From assembly GCA_002723115.1 (NCBI GenBank), contig PBNL01000024.1:10101-74100 (forward strand): a stretch of DNA of 64,000 nucleotides, read 5' to 3'. Under the pieces are notes generated by a model, which was not told the DNA's origin, made no database searches, and saw nothing but the letters and a program-made list of their open reading frames with translations. Both the position numbers and the translations under genes were made by a program. This document shows, one piece after another, positions 28,696 through 37,856 of this stretch. Source of the stretch: Methanobacteriota archaeon. Lineage in GTDB: Bacteria > Bacteroidota > Bacteroidia > Flavobacteriales_D > Sanyastnellaceae. Positions within the stretch are counted from its first letter, which is position 1; every line of letters begins with the position of its first letter.

Positions 28696-29451
28696 ATGAA
28701 ACCAGGAAGCAAAAGTTGGAAAAAATTAATGGCAAAGCTCTACGGATGGGGAGCATCTATCGTAATTCTAGGAGCGCTATTTAAAATCGAGCACTGGCCA
28801 GGTGCATCTCAAATGCTAATTTTAGGTCTTGGTACTGAGGCTGTGATCTTCTTTTTCTCAGCATTTGAACCTCTTCCTAAGGATGATCCAGACTGGACTC
28901 TAGTTTACCCACAACTTGCTACAGGTGAGGATTCAAAAACAGCTGTTCAACAACTAGACAATCTTTTGGATGACGCACAAATTGATTCTAAAGTCCTTAA
29001 GAGATTAGGTGATGGAATGCGTAATCTAGGTGATCAAGCTAATAAAATGAGTGAAATGGCTGACGCAGCTGGAGCTACTCAAGAATTTAGCGATTCTCTT
29101 GTTAAAGCTTCTAATAGAGTTAATGAAATGGCCGACACATACGAAGGTGTGTCTAACTCGTTAACTGGTTTAGTTGGCTCTCAAGATGCTAGCACCAACG
29201 CTGGAGATAATCTTCAGAGAATGAACGCTAACCTAGATTCATTGAACAATATGTACGAAATGCAGTTAGAGCAGCTTAAAGAAAACAAAGCTCTATTTGA
29301 TGGCATGGGAGAACTTATTAAGACTCTAAACGATAGTGTTGAAGACACAAGAGCATACAAGGAACATATTGCTGAACTAGCACAAAACCTTGCTACACTT
29401 AACACTGTATACGGCAATATGCTAAATGCAATGGGTGGTAATCGTAGCTAA
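28696..29451 (+). CDS. gldL: gliding motility/T9SS protein GldL (PorL)
   Basis: Has two N-terminal TM helices (YGWGASIVILGALFKIEHWPGA ...) and a helical cytoplasmic tail. The ATG at 28696 is preferred over the track's TTG at 28675. Confidence 0.85.
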   Translation: MKPGSKSWKKLMAKLYGWGASIVILGALFKIEHWPGASQMLILGLGTEAVIFFFSAFEPLPKDDPDWTLVYPQLATGEDSKTAVQQLDNLLDDAQIDSKVLKRLGDGMRNLGDQANKMSEMADAAGATQEFSDSLVKASNRVNEMADTYEGVSNSLTGLVGSQDASTNAGDNLQRMNANLDSLNNMYEMQLEQLKENKALFDGMGELIKTLNDSVEDTRAYKEHIAELAQNLATLNTVYGNMLNAMGGNRS

Positions 29452-29481
29452 GCCTAGCTTATCTAAATAATTATATAAGTT

Positions 29482-31263
29482 ATGGCAGGAGCAAAACTAT
29501 CACCGCGACAGAAGATGATTGGGATGATGTATCTCGTCCTGACCGCTCTTCTTGCCCTAAATATTTCTAAAGAAGTACTTAATGGATTTGTAAAGGTTGA
29601 AAACAGCCTTATCAAAACTCAAGTAACTATTGCTGAAAAGGTAAACGACACGTTTAGCACACTAAAAGCAAAATACCTAAACAACCAGGAAAAGGTTGGA
29701 CCATTCTATTCTAAAGCTGAAGAAGTTACTGCTGATGCTGAAGAAATCATAACATACATTTCAATGCTTAAGGCGAGGTGTATGTCTGCTTCAGAAAAGA
29801 CGATGCAAGAACAAGAGGAACTTGGATATTCTGGCTACTACGGTAAAGATGAATTAGGACGAGACACTGTACTAAATCTTGAACACATATCTATTAAGGA
29901 TGAATATATGGCTCTAACTGCATTTATGGTTGGTTCAGACCCTCATACACCTGTTGGAGCTTCCGATGATTGGTATGCAAACACTAAAAGCGTAACAGAT
30001 TGGAGAACAGAAGGACAATGGAATGCAAAATCATTAAGAAACATTCTTGAGAGATTCAGAGAAGACCTTTTAAATATTAAAGTTGTTGATATTGACGGCT
30101 ATGAGAGAACATTACCTGAAAATCTTAAGAACTCATTGAATAAACGTTTCTCATTTGAGAAAGAAGTAGAAAATGGTGTAGATGTACTTTGGGAAGCTGC
30201 GAATTTCTATGATGTACCTCTAGCCGCAGTTATGCCTCTTATGTCTAAAATGATTATAGACGTACAAGATGCTGAAGCTGAAATTCTAACTTGGTTACTT
30301 GGAGGAATTGAAGCTAAGAGCTTAAAGTTCTCTGAAGTTATGCCTCTAGTTATCCCTCAATCTAACTACATAATTAAGGGTGATACTGCAAGAGCAAACA
30401 TTCTTTTAGCAGCCTTCGATCCGACAAGGGTGCCTGAAGTTTATGTAGAAACTGAAAAGTGGGATGGTGTAGATTCATCTGAGATTGATTATTCAGCGTT
30501 AGAAGCTCTTCCAGTTGATGCAATTGGAAATGGACAACTTTCTATGTCTACAAGAGGCATGAAGTTGGGTCAATATCAATACAGAGGTGTAATCAGATAT
30601 CAAGGACCTGAAGGAGACATGCAAAGCCAAAACTTTGTAACTCCAATATTTACAGTTGCTGAAGCTGCTCTAGTAGTATCACCAACTAAGATGAATGTAT
30701 TTTACAGAGGTCTTGACAATCCAGTAGATATTTCTGTACCTGGTGTTGCTAACGACAAATTAAGAGTAAGCATCTCTTCTGGTCATAAGATCAGAAAACA
30801 ACCAGATGGATCATACATTGTTGAACCATCTAGTTCAAACTCTAATAAGATTGCAAACATTTCAGTAAAAGGTGAAATGCCTGATGGAACGATTGCAGAT
30901 CTAGGAAGAAAAGAATTCAGAGTTAAGAGAATTCCTGACCCAGTACCTTTCTGGTCTGGCAAAAGACCTTCTAACAGAACAATTACAAAGAATGAAGTTC
31001 TTTCATTTGCGCCACTTGCTGCTAAAATGGAAAACTTTGATTTCGATGTAAAGGTTCGTGTTAAGAGCTTCACTATCCGTGTAAGTAAGGATGGTACTTT
31101 TAAGGAACTTACATCTGGAAATAACAGATTAACAACAGACATGAAAGCTCTTCTTGAACGTGTAAGAAGAGGTAATACAATATATTTCGAGGACATAGTT
31201 GTAGGATTGCCTGATGGCACAGAGCGTATCCTAGCACCAATGAAATTGAAAGTAACTAGTTAA
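29482..31263 (+). CDS. gldM: gliding motility/T9SS protein GldM (PorM)
   Basis: The N-terminus MAGAKLSPRQKMIGMMYLVLTALLALNISKEVL is the canonical GldM start and TM. 593 aa. Confidence 0.88.
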   Translation: MAGAKLSPRQKMIGMMYLVLTALLALNISKEVLNGFVKVENSLIKTQVTIAEKVNDTFSTLKAKYLNNQEKVGPFYSKAEEVTADAEEIITYISMLKARCMSASEKTMQEQEELGYSGYYGKDELGRDTVLNLEHISIKDEYMALTAFMVGSDPHTPVGASDDWYANTKSVTDWRTEGQWNAKSLRNILERFREDLLNIKVVDIDGYERTLPENLKNSLNKRFSFEKEVENGVDVLWEAANFYDVPLAAVMPLMSKMIIDVQDAEAEILTWLLGGIEAKSLKFSEVMPLVIPQSNYIIKGDTARANILLAAFDPTRVPEVYVETEKWDGVDSSEIDYSALEALPVDAIGNGQLSMSTRGMKLGQYQYRGVIRYQGPEGDMQSQNFVTPIFTVAEAALVVSPTKMNVFYRGLDNPVDISVPGVANDKLRVSISSGHKIRKQPDGSYIVEPSSSNSNKIANISVKGEMPDGTIADLGRKEFRVKRIPDPVPFWSGKRPSNRTITKNEVLSFAPLAAKMENFDFDVKVRVKSFTIRVSKDGTFKELTSGNNRLTTDMKALLERVRRGNTIYFEDIVVGLPDGTERILAPMKLKVTS

Positions 31264-31273
31264 AATAGTTTCA

Positions 31274-32134
31274 ATGATGAGAAATTTTTTCAAATACACA
31301 CTGCTCTTAGTAGCTGTAGCCCTTTTCTCTATAGAGGGTAATGCGCAAGTACACAACGTGCTAGACGGAGCTTATGTAAAAGAGACAAACCTCACTAAGC
31401 GTGTGATACCTTACCCACACCTGCGTGAAGCAGATGTTATGTACTTCCGTCGCATTTGGCAAGAGATGGATCTTAAGCAAAAAATCAATCATCCCTACTA
31501 CTACCCTGTTGAGCCAATTCAGGATAGAAAGAATCTATTTGATGTTATTCGTGATGGATTATTAGTAGAAGGATCATTAGTTGCCTACAGCCCTGGACCT
31601 GCTGGTGATAATGACGAGTTTACGCTTCCACTAACAACTGATAGTATTTACAACATTTTAAATCCTGTTCAATACAATAAGCAATGGGATGATGATGGTG
31701 AACTTATTGGTACTACACAAACAAGACGTCCAATTGAATCTGAGAATGTGACACGTTACAGACTTAAAGAGGATTGGATTTGGGATAGACAGAGATCAGA
31801 GAGATATGTTAGAATTATTGGTATTGCGCCAATGATTGAAGGTTTTGATCAAGATGGTGAAAGCATGGGATATTCTCCTCTTTTCTGGCTATACTACCCA
31901 GAGTGTCGTTACGTATTTGCTAACGCAGATGTATTTAACTTATTCAATGATGCTCAAAGAAGAACATATGAGGATTTATTCCAAAAGCGTTACTTCTCTA
32001 GCTATATTATTAAGGAATCAAATGTTTACGACAGAAACGTAAGTGAGTACGCTAGAGGTATGGATGCTCTTGCACAGTCTGAAAGGATCAAAGAGGAGTT
32101 ATTCCTTTTAGAGCACGATCTTTGGCACTACTAA
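31274..32134 (+). CDS. gldN: gliding motility/T9SS protein GldN (PorN)
   Basis: 286 aa with a signal peptide. It follows gldM by 10 nt. The WIWDRQRS-type core resembles GldN. Confidence 0.85.
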   Translation: MMRNFFKYTLLLVAVALFSIEGNAQVHNVLDGAYVKETNLTKRVIPYPHLREADVMYFRRIWQEMDLKQKINHPYYYPVEPIQDRKNLFDVIRDGLLVEGSLVAYSPGPAGDNDEFTLPLTTDSIYNILNPVQYNKQWDDDGELIGTTQTRRPIESENVTRYRLKEDWIWDRQRSERYVRIIGIAPMIEGFDQDGESMGYSPLFWLYYPECRYVFANADVFNLFNDAQRRTYEDLFQKRYFSSYIIKESNVYDRNVSEYARGMDALAQSERIKEELFLLEHDLWHY

Positions 32135-32154
32135 TAGTTAGATTATAAAGTTTG

Positions 32155-32190
32155 AAACGGGGAGCTACATGGCTCCCCGTTTTTATTTTA
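32155..32190 (+). terminator. rho-independent terminator after gldN
   Basis: AAACGGGGAGC-tacatg-GCTCCCCGTTT perfect stem followed by TTTTATTTT. Confidence 0.75.
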
Positions 32191-32206
32191 CGACCTTTGC
32201 CGCGCA

Positions 32207-34159
32207 ATGTTAACAGTCTCACAACTTGGAGTTCATTTTGGAGAAAGATCTTTATTTGAAGGTCTTAATTTGTTTGTAGGGGAAAAAGACAGGATTGGGT
32301 TAGTTGGAAGAAATGGAGCTGGAAAATCTACCCTAATGAAAATCCTAGCAGGAATAAATAAGCCTAGCGAAGGAAGCATCAGTCATCCTAATGAATTCAA
32401 AATAGGTTATCTCCCTCAAGAGATGGAGCACAACGAAGAAGCCAGCATATACGATGAAGCTTACAGTGCTTTTGATGAGATTAACAGGCTTGAAAAGAGA
32501 CTAGAAGAAATAACAAAAAATATAGGTAGTCGTGAAGATTATGAATCTGTTGAATACTCTAACCTGATTGATGAACTTACCGAATGCAATCAGAGATTAG
32601 ATGTTATTGGGGCGGGTAATCTAGAAGAAAAAATTCAAAGAATCTTACAGGGATTGGGTTTTGCGCAAAATGATATGGAGCGTAAAATGAGTGAATTTAG
32701 TGGTGGATGGAAGATGCGAGTAGAACTCGCCAAACTTCTACTCACTAACCCTAATCTTCTACTTCTAGATGAGCCAACAAACCATCTAGACATAGAATCA
32801 ATTGAATGGCTGGAGGGTTTTTTAAAATCATACCCTGGATCTATAATTTTGATCTCTCACGACAGGGTTTTTCTAGATACTTTAACAAATAGGACTATAG
32901 AAATAAGCCCATATAAACTTTACGATTACAAAGCATCTTACACTAAGTATCAGTTTTGGCGTGAAGAGGAAATGGAGAGGCAAGTTCAAGCTTTTAAAAA
33001 CCAAAAGAAATACATTGACGATACGCAAGTTCTAATAAATAAGTTCAGAGCAAAAAAGAACAAAGCAGCCTTTGCTCAAACGCTTATTAGGAAACTGGAC
33101 AAACTAGAACGCGTAGAAGTAGACAAAGCAGATAACGCAAACATAAAATTTAGATTCCCACCAGCTCCGAGGTCTGGTAAAGTGATTTTTGAAGCAAAAG
33201 GATTAGCTAAATCTTTTGGCGACTTACATGTGTTTAATGATGTTGATCTAATTATGGCTAGGCAAGATAAGATTGCACTAGTTGGAAAAAATGGAGCAGG
33301 AAAAACGACGTTGACTAGGATTCTACTTGGATTTGAAAGCTACGCCGGCGAACTTAATATTGGTCATAATGTAGACATAGGATACTATGCACAGAACCAA
33401 GCAGAAGAGCTAGACAATAGTCTAACTGTTATGGAAACATTAGAGGAAGCTGTCACGAATGATTATGATGTTAATATCAGATCCATGTTAGGAGCATTCC
33501 TATTCACTGGTGACGATGTAGAGAAAAAAGTAAGTGTTCTTAGTGGTGGTGAAAAAGCTAGACTTGCTATGTGCAAGTTGCTATTGCACCCATACAACGT
33601 GTTGATACTGGATGAGCCCACTAACCATTTGGACTTAAAAGCAAAATCAGTATTAAAAGATGCCCTTCAAAAATTTGATGGTTCATTGATTGTCGTATCT
33701 CACGATAGAGATTTCTTAGCTGGTTTAACTGAGTTTGTATACGAGGTAACATCCAACAGACTTAAACAATACATTGGTGACATAAAGAACTTTCTACATG
33801 AGAAGCACGCTGAAAGTATCGGTCAATACGAGGCTTCAAAAACTGGAGAACGAGTATTAAGTAAAGGAAAGAGTTCAACAAAAGATAAGTCGTCTAAATC
33901 AATTAGCAAGGAAGAAAAAAAGGCTAAGGACAAAGCACTTAGGCAAGCAATAAAGAAGGTTCAAAGGCTAGAAAAATCTGTTTCAAAAGCGGAAGAGGAA
34001 TTAAAATTGAAAAATGAAGAGTTGAATTCCGTGGATCCTTCAGACAGAAAAAAAATGACTGATCTAAGCTATGAATTCGAAGAGGTTCAAAGAAAACACG
34101 ACGATCTTTTACAGCAATGGGAAGACGCGCTAATTGAAAAAGAAAAGTTAGAGAGCTAG
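32207..34159 (+). CDS. ABC-F family ATPase (translation-factor type)
   Basis: 650 aa with two ABC cassettes (GRNGAGKST, GKNGAGKTT; LSGGWKMR, LSGGEKAR), no TM segments and a K/E-rich coiled-coil tail. Confidence 0.9.
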   Translation: MLTVSQLGVHFGERSLFEGLNLFVGEKDRIGLVGRNGAGKSTLMKILAGINKPSEGSISHPNEFKIGYLPQEMEHNEEASIYDEAYSAFDEINRLEKRLEEITKNIGSREDYESVEYSNLIDELTECNQRLDVIGAGNLEEKIQRILQGLGFAQNDMERKMSEFSGGWKMRVELAKLLLTNPNLLLLDEPTNHLDIESIEWLEGFLKSYPGSIILISHDRVFLDTLTNRTIEISPYKLYDYKASYTKYQFWREEEMERQVQAFKNQKKYIDDTQVLINKFRAKKNKAAFAQTLIRKLDKLERVEVDKADNANIKFRFPPAPRSGKVIFEAKGLAKSFGDLHVFNDVDLIMARQDKIALVGKNGAGKTTLTRILLGFESYAGELNIGHNVDIGYYAQNQAEELDNSLTVMETLEEAVTNDYDVNIRSMLGAFLFTGDDVEKKVSVLSGGEKARLAMCKLLLHPYNVLILDEPTNHLDLKAKSVLKDALQKFDGSLIVVSHDRDFLAGLTEFVYEVTSNRLKQYIGDIKNFLHEKHAESIGQYEASKTGERVLSKGKSSTKDKSSKSISKEEKKAKDKALRQAIKKVQRLEKSVSKAEEELKLKNEELNSVDPSDRKKMTDLSYEFEEVQRKHDDLLQQWEDALIEKEKLES

Positions 34160-35167
34160 TTATCTAGAAATTCCATTCAAATAAGTCTTCCACTTTTCAA
34201 TTATTTCTTCCATATCCTGAGGAAGATCTGAATCAAAACTTAAAAACTCACCTGACTCTGGATGTGTGAATCCCAGAGTTTTAGCGTGAAGTGCTTGACG
34301 AGGTAAGATGTCGAAACAATTGCGCAAGAAACTATTGTATTTGCCACCTGGGGAACCTTTGACTGCAACATTCCCCCCATATCTTGGATCACCAAATAAT
34401 GGATGACCAATGTACTGCATGTGTACTCTAATTTGGTGAGTACGCCCTGTTTCGAGTTTACACTCAACAAGAGTTACAGGCCCAAACCTCTCTACTACTC
34501 TATAATGAGTTACCGCATGCTTGCCTTCTTCACCATCAGGGAATACAGCTTGTACAGTTCTGTTTTGGCGTGAGCGACCTACGTGGCCCTCTATTGTTCC
34601 GTCCTCACTAATGTCACCCCAAACAAGTGCATGATACCTTCTCTCAACTAATCTTTCAAAAAACTGCTCACTTAAATTGGTTAATGAGTATTCCGTTTTA
34701 CCCAAAATCATTAATCCTGTTGTGTCCTTGTCTAATCTGTGAACTAAACCTGGCCTTGGAGTTGGAGAGCCAGGAACTGATGGAATGTTTTGTAAATGGT
34801 GTAGAACTCCATTCACCAATGTGCCCGAGTAATTTCCGTGTCCTGGGTGAACTACAAGATCTGTAGGTTTATTGATGACTAAAACATCGTCGTCTTCATA
34901 AACGATATTGAGGTTCATCTCTTCAGGAAGAAGTTCAAATTCGTAAACAGGCTGAGGCAATTCTACAGTCACAACATGGCCAGCCTTTACTTTGAAATTA
35001 GATTTAACAGGCTTTCCATCTACTCTAATGTAACCACTCTTTGCAGCTATTTGAAGTTTATTACGACTGATGTGAGCAATTAGATTCATCAAGAATTTAT
35101 CTACCCTTAAGGGTTGTTGCCCAGGGTCAGCAATTAATTTATGATGTTCAAATAATTCTTCAGACAT
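34160..35167 (-). CDS. rluD: RluA-family 23S rRNA pseudouridine synthase (RluD-like)
   Basis: Has an N-terminal S4 domain, the catalytic HRLDKDTTG motif and GRTHQIR. Confidence 0.88.
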   Translation of the reverse strand: MSEELFEHHKLIADPGQQPLRVDKFLMNLIAHISRNKLQIAAKSGYIRVDGKPVKSNFKVKAGHVVTVELPQPVYEFELLPEEMNLNIVYEDDDVLVINKPTDLVVHPGHGNYSGTLVNGVLHHLQNIPSVPGSPTPRPGLVHRLDKDTTGLMILGKTEYSLTNLSEQFFERLVERRYHALVWGDISEDGTIEGHVGRSRQNRTVQAVFPDGEEGKHAVTHYRVVERFGPVTLVECKLETGRTHQIRVHMQYIGHPLFGDPRYGGNVAVKGSPGGKYNSFLRNCFDILPRQALHAKTLGFTHPESGEFLSFDSDLPQDMEEIIEKWKTYLNGISR

Positions 35168-35168
35168 A

Positions 35169-37088
35169 TTAGCGCTGGATGATGAATCTATGGTGCTCTA
35201 ACCCCTTGCCTGAGTTCTGCCTTACCTGCAATATGTAGATTCCATTTGCAAGTCCTTGAACATTTACATTCGAATTCCCGGTTTGCTCTCTACCACTTTG
35301 TATCAACCTTCCATTTGTGTCGAAGATATCCCAAACAACTTCTTCAATCACTCCGAAATTCAGCTCAGAAGAAGTAGGGTTTGGATATGGAGAAGTTATT
35401 AGCGTTGGATTTTCAACTTCTACAATATCAACAACAGATTCAGTACCTGCTCTTAGTACAGGCCTTAACATTAGAGATCCTTCAATTGAGGATGGAGCCC
35501 AATCAAATCCATTGCCCAATTTGAAATGAAGGTTACCAGCATTTGAGTTTGAGTTTTTATCGAGCCCAATATTTAACCTATCTACCTCTTGTTGAATCAA
35601 ACCAACATGGATAGTCCCGCTAACTGGGATTGGGTTGTCAAATGGATAATATGCAAACAAATCGTAACCCTCTGTAAAATAAAATGGGTTGTGGAATTGG
35701 TACATCGTATCCAACATTTCACCAGGCACTCCTGCATCATCTTCCCAAACCTTCAAAACAAATGTTTCCTCAGAAGCATTATCATAAAACGGTGTAAAGT
35801 GAATAAGTACACCATCTAAAGTATCTGCTATTGCAAGTGGGAATCTAACTGCCAACTCTCCTCCAATAGCGTCTAAAGCATAGGCTTTTTCAGCTGTACC
35901 ATCGTCGTATGCATAGAAGTTGTCGAATACTTGGTCATACCCAATTGAGTCATTGTCAAATACTGTAGTTTGGTTTGTATTAAAACCTACCTCTTCTTGC
36001 CAAAGGCTAACTTCAAAAGTCGCAACTGAATCTGAAACAGAAGTATCAAAAACCAACTCTGAAGGCACCTCGTTTTCATCCTCTAGCTCTGAAAGGTATT
36101 CTGTAGTGAATACACCAACGGGTACGCTAACGTTCTGTATGAATTGATTTGTATACTTAACAGGCACTCCACCCTCTACTTTGTGCCTAACAGTAATTCC
36201 AGTGTTTTCTTGATTGTTAGGGCCAGTACCAAAGTTTGTCGATTCAATAACAAGTGAATCTCTCATATAGAACGCTGGATTCTCTGAAAAGTGAGTCCAA
36301 GGCATTGCAGAATAATTTCTCAAAAGAGTGTATGCTGGCTCATTAAATGCCAGTTCTTCTACTGGATTACCGGTAGCACCATTTGCAACTACATAAACGT
36401 AATCGATGTGCCACAAATCCGTGTTCCCCATAAGAGAACCATAATTCCTAAATCTAAATTGAAAAGAACTATGAAGATATTCTCCATTTTTAACTGACAA
36501 AACTACCTGGGTAAACTCGTCTTCATCTGTTCCTGTTGTCCCCCAAACCTGTGTCCAAATATCCCCTTCTAATCCAACTGATTTAAATTCAACAATAAGT
36601 GAATCTTGATTTTCATCAGGTGCGTTTCCTATACCTCCTCCTTGAAACCAAAACGACAATGTAACACCATCATCTGCTGTCATACCATCTAGGTACAACT
36701 TTCGTGAAGTCAAGGTGTCTGCCCAACCATGAGCATCAACACTATTGAAGTTATATGGATATCCGCCTGAGTCCATACCGTCTAATGTCGCAACCCCAAA
36801 AGTCGGGGCGTTTATAGACATGGTTTGGGTTCTTCTTACAGGACTAGTATCCCATCTTACAAGGTCAATATTATTCTCACCACTTTCCTCATAAAAACTA
36901 GGCCAAGCAAAGTCATCTATAAAAGGCAAAGACATTGCTGGTGCTCCATCTCTGAAGGAAGCCTCTCCTCCTCCCCTCTCTTGTCCAGTTGGAACGAAAA
37001 TTAAATCTCTCTCCATTTCCTGTGCTATCATTGAAACACTTAGGAATTGAATGAATGTGAATACCGATATTTTAGTGTAGAAATTCAT
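35169..37088 (-). CDS. secreted protein with T9SS C-terminal sorting domain
   Basis: 639 aa with a signal peptide and jelly-roll-like repeats. The C-terminus GLANGIYILQVRQNSGKGLEHHRFIIQR is typical of type-A T9SS CTDs. Confidence 0.7.
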   Translation of the reverse strand: MNFYTKISVFTFIQFLSVSMIAQEMERDLIFVPTGQERGGGEASFRDGAPAMSLPFIDDFAWPSFYEESGENNIDLVRWDTSPVRRTQTMSINAPTFGVATLDGMDSGGYPYNFNSVDAHGWADTLTSRKLYLDGMTADDGVTLSFWFQGGGIGNAPDENQDSLIVEFKSVGLEGDIWTQVWGTTGTDEDEFTQVVLSVKNGEYLHSSFQFRFRNYGSLMGNTDLWHIDYVYVVANGATGNPVEELAFNEPAYTLLRNYSAMPWTHFSENPAFYMRDSLVIESTNFGTGPNNQENTGITVRHKVEGGVPVKYTNQFIQNVSVPVGVFTTEYLSELEDENEVPSELVFDTSVSDSVATFEVSLWQEEVGFNTNQTTVFDNDSIGYDQVFDNFYAYDDGTAEKAYALDAIGGELAVRFPLAIADTLDGVLIHFTPFYDNASEETFVLKVWEDDAGVPGEMLDTMYQFHNPFYFTEGYDLFAYYPFDNPIPVSGTIHVGLIQQEVDRLNIGLDKNSNSNAGNLHFKLGNGFDWAPSSIEGSLMLRPVLRAGTESVVDIVEVENPTLITSPYPNPTSSELNFGVIEEVVWDIFDTNGRLIQSGREQTGNSNVNVQGLANGIYILQVRQNSGKGLEHHRFIIQR

Positions 37089-37856
37089 CTATGGCTTCTC
37101 AAGAAATAAATCGATTGCAGTTCCCGCTTTTACAAACCCTGCATTTGATTTTGGGAATTGACTAACAACTAACGCATGCAATGTGTCTTTTCGTGTGAAA
37201 AGTGAATCTCCATATTCTACATAGCCTAATGAAAGAGAATAACTACTTAAAGTTTTTGTTGCATCTGCTAAATCCAAACCGATCAGCCAAGGAATTCTAA
37301 CATCCTTATTCAGCACCTTTCCGATAACAAGAGTCAGGGATGTTCCTCTTTGCAATCTATCATCTGGAGACAATGAGTTGCCATTTCTTTCAACTCTAAC
37401 AACCTTTCCATCAAGCTCAGTGTTGGCTTCTGTTTTAATTTTAAGCTTAAATCCCTTGCGCTCTAATAAGCTTTGGGCCAAACGAGCATCTTGCCCTTCC
37501 TCAACCCCAATTTTTTCACTAGGAGGTGTCACCCTAAATGTTGTCAAGTAAACAGGCCTTCCACTTTTCACATCACTACCAGCAGCTGGGCTTTGCTCAA
37601 TAACAGAACCTGGAACAGCAGAAGAATTATATACTGAATCAAGATGTATAGGCATAAGATCTAACTCCTCAAGTACTTTGAAAGCAGAATCCTTCATCAT
37701 CCCTTCAACTTCAGGAACTGTACGTTCAGACCAAGGCCTACTATTAAGACTCATACCACACCATGTCAAACCCAAAATCACTACCCAAGCCACCCCTATG
37801 CCAGCAATAGCTTTAAGCATAGCCTTGGATAATATGAAATCGAGCAATCCCCTCAT
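37089..37856 (-). CDS. PASTA domain-containing membrane protein
   Basis: 255 aa with an N-terminal TM, then three ~65-aa repeats with PASTA-like patterns (V..Q.P..G..V..G..V.L). Confidence 0.65.
   Translation of the reverse strand: MRGLLDFILSKAMLKAIAGIGVAWVVILGLTWCGMSLNSRPWSERTVPEVEGMMKDSAFKVLEELDLMPIHLDSVYNSSAVPGSVIEQSPAAGSDVKSGRPVYLTTFRVTPPSEKIGVEEGQDARLAQSLLERKGFKLKIKTEANTELDGKVVRVERNGNSLSPDDRLQRGTSLTLVIGKVLNKDVRIPWLIGLDLADATKTLSSYSLSLGYVEYGDSLFTRKDTLHALVVSQFPKSNAGFVKAGTAIDLFLEKP

Noticed and set aside
30783-31220. 145-aa antisense ORF inside gldM.
   Set aside because: It is fully nested opposite a confidently assigned gldM frame, with no independent start context or recognisable domain.
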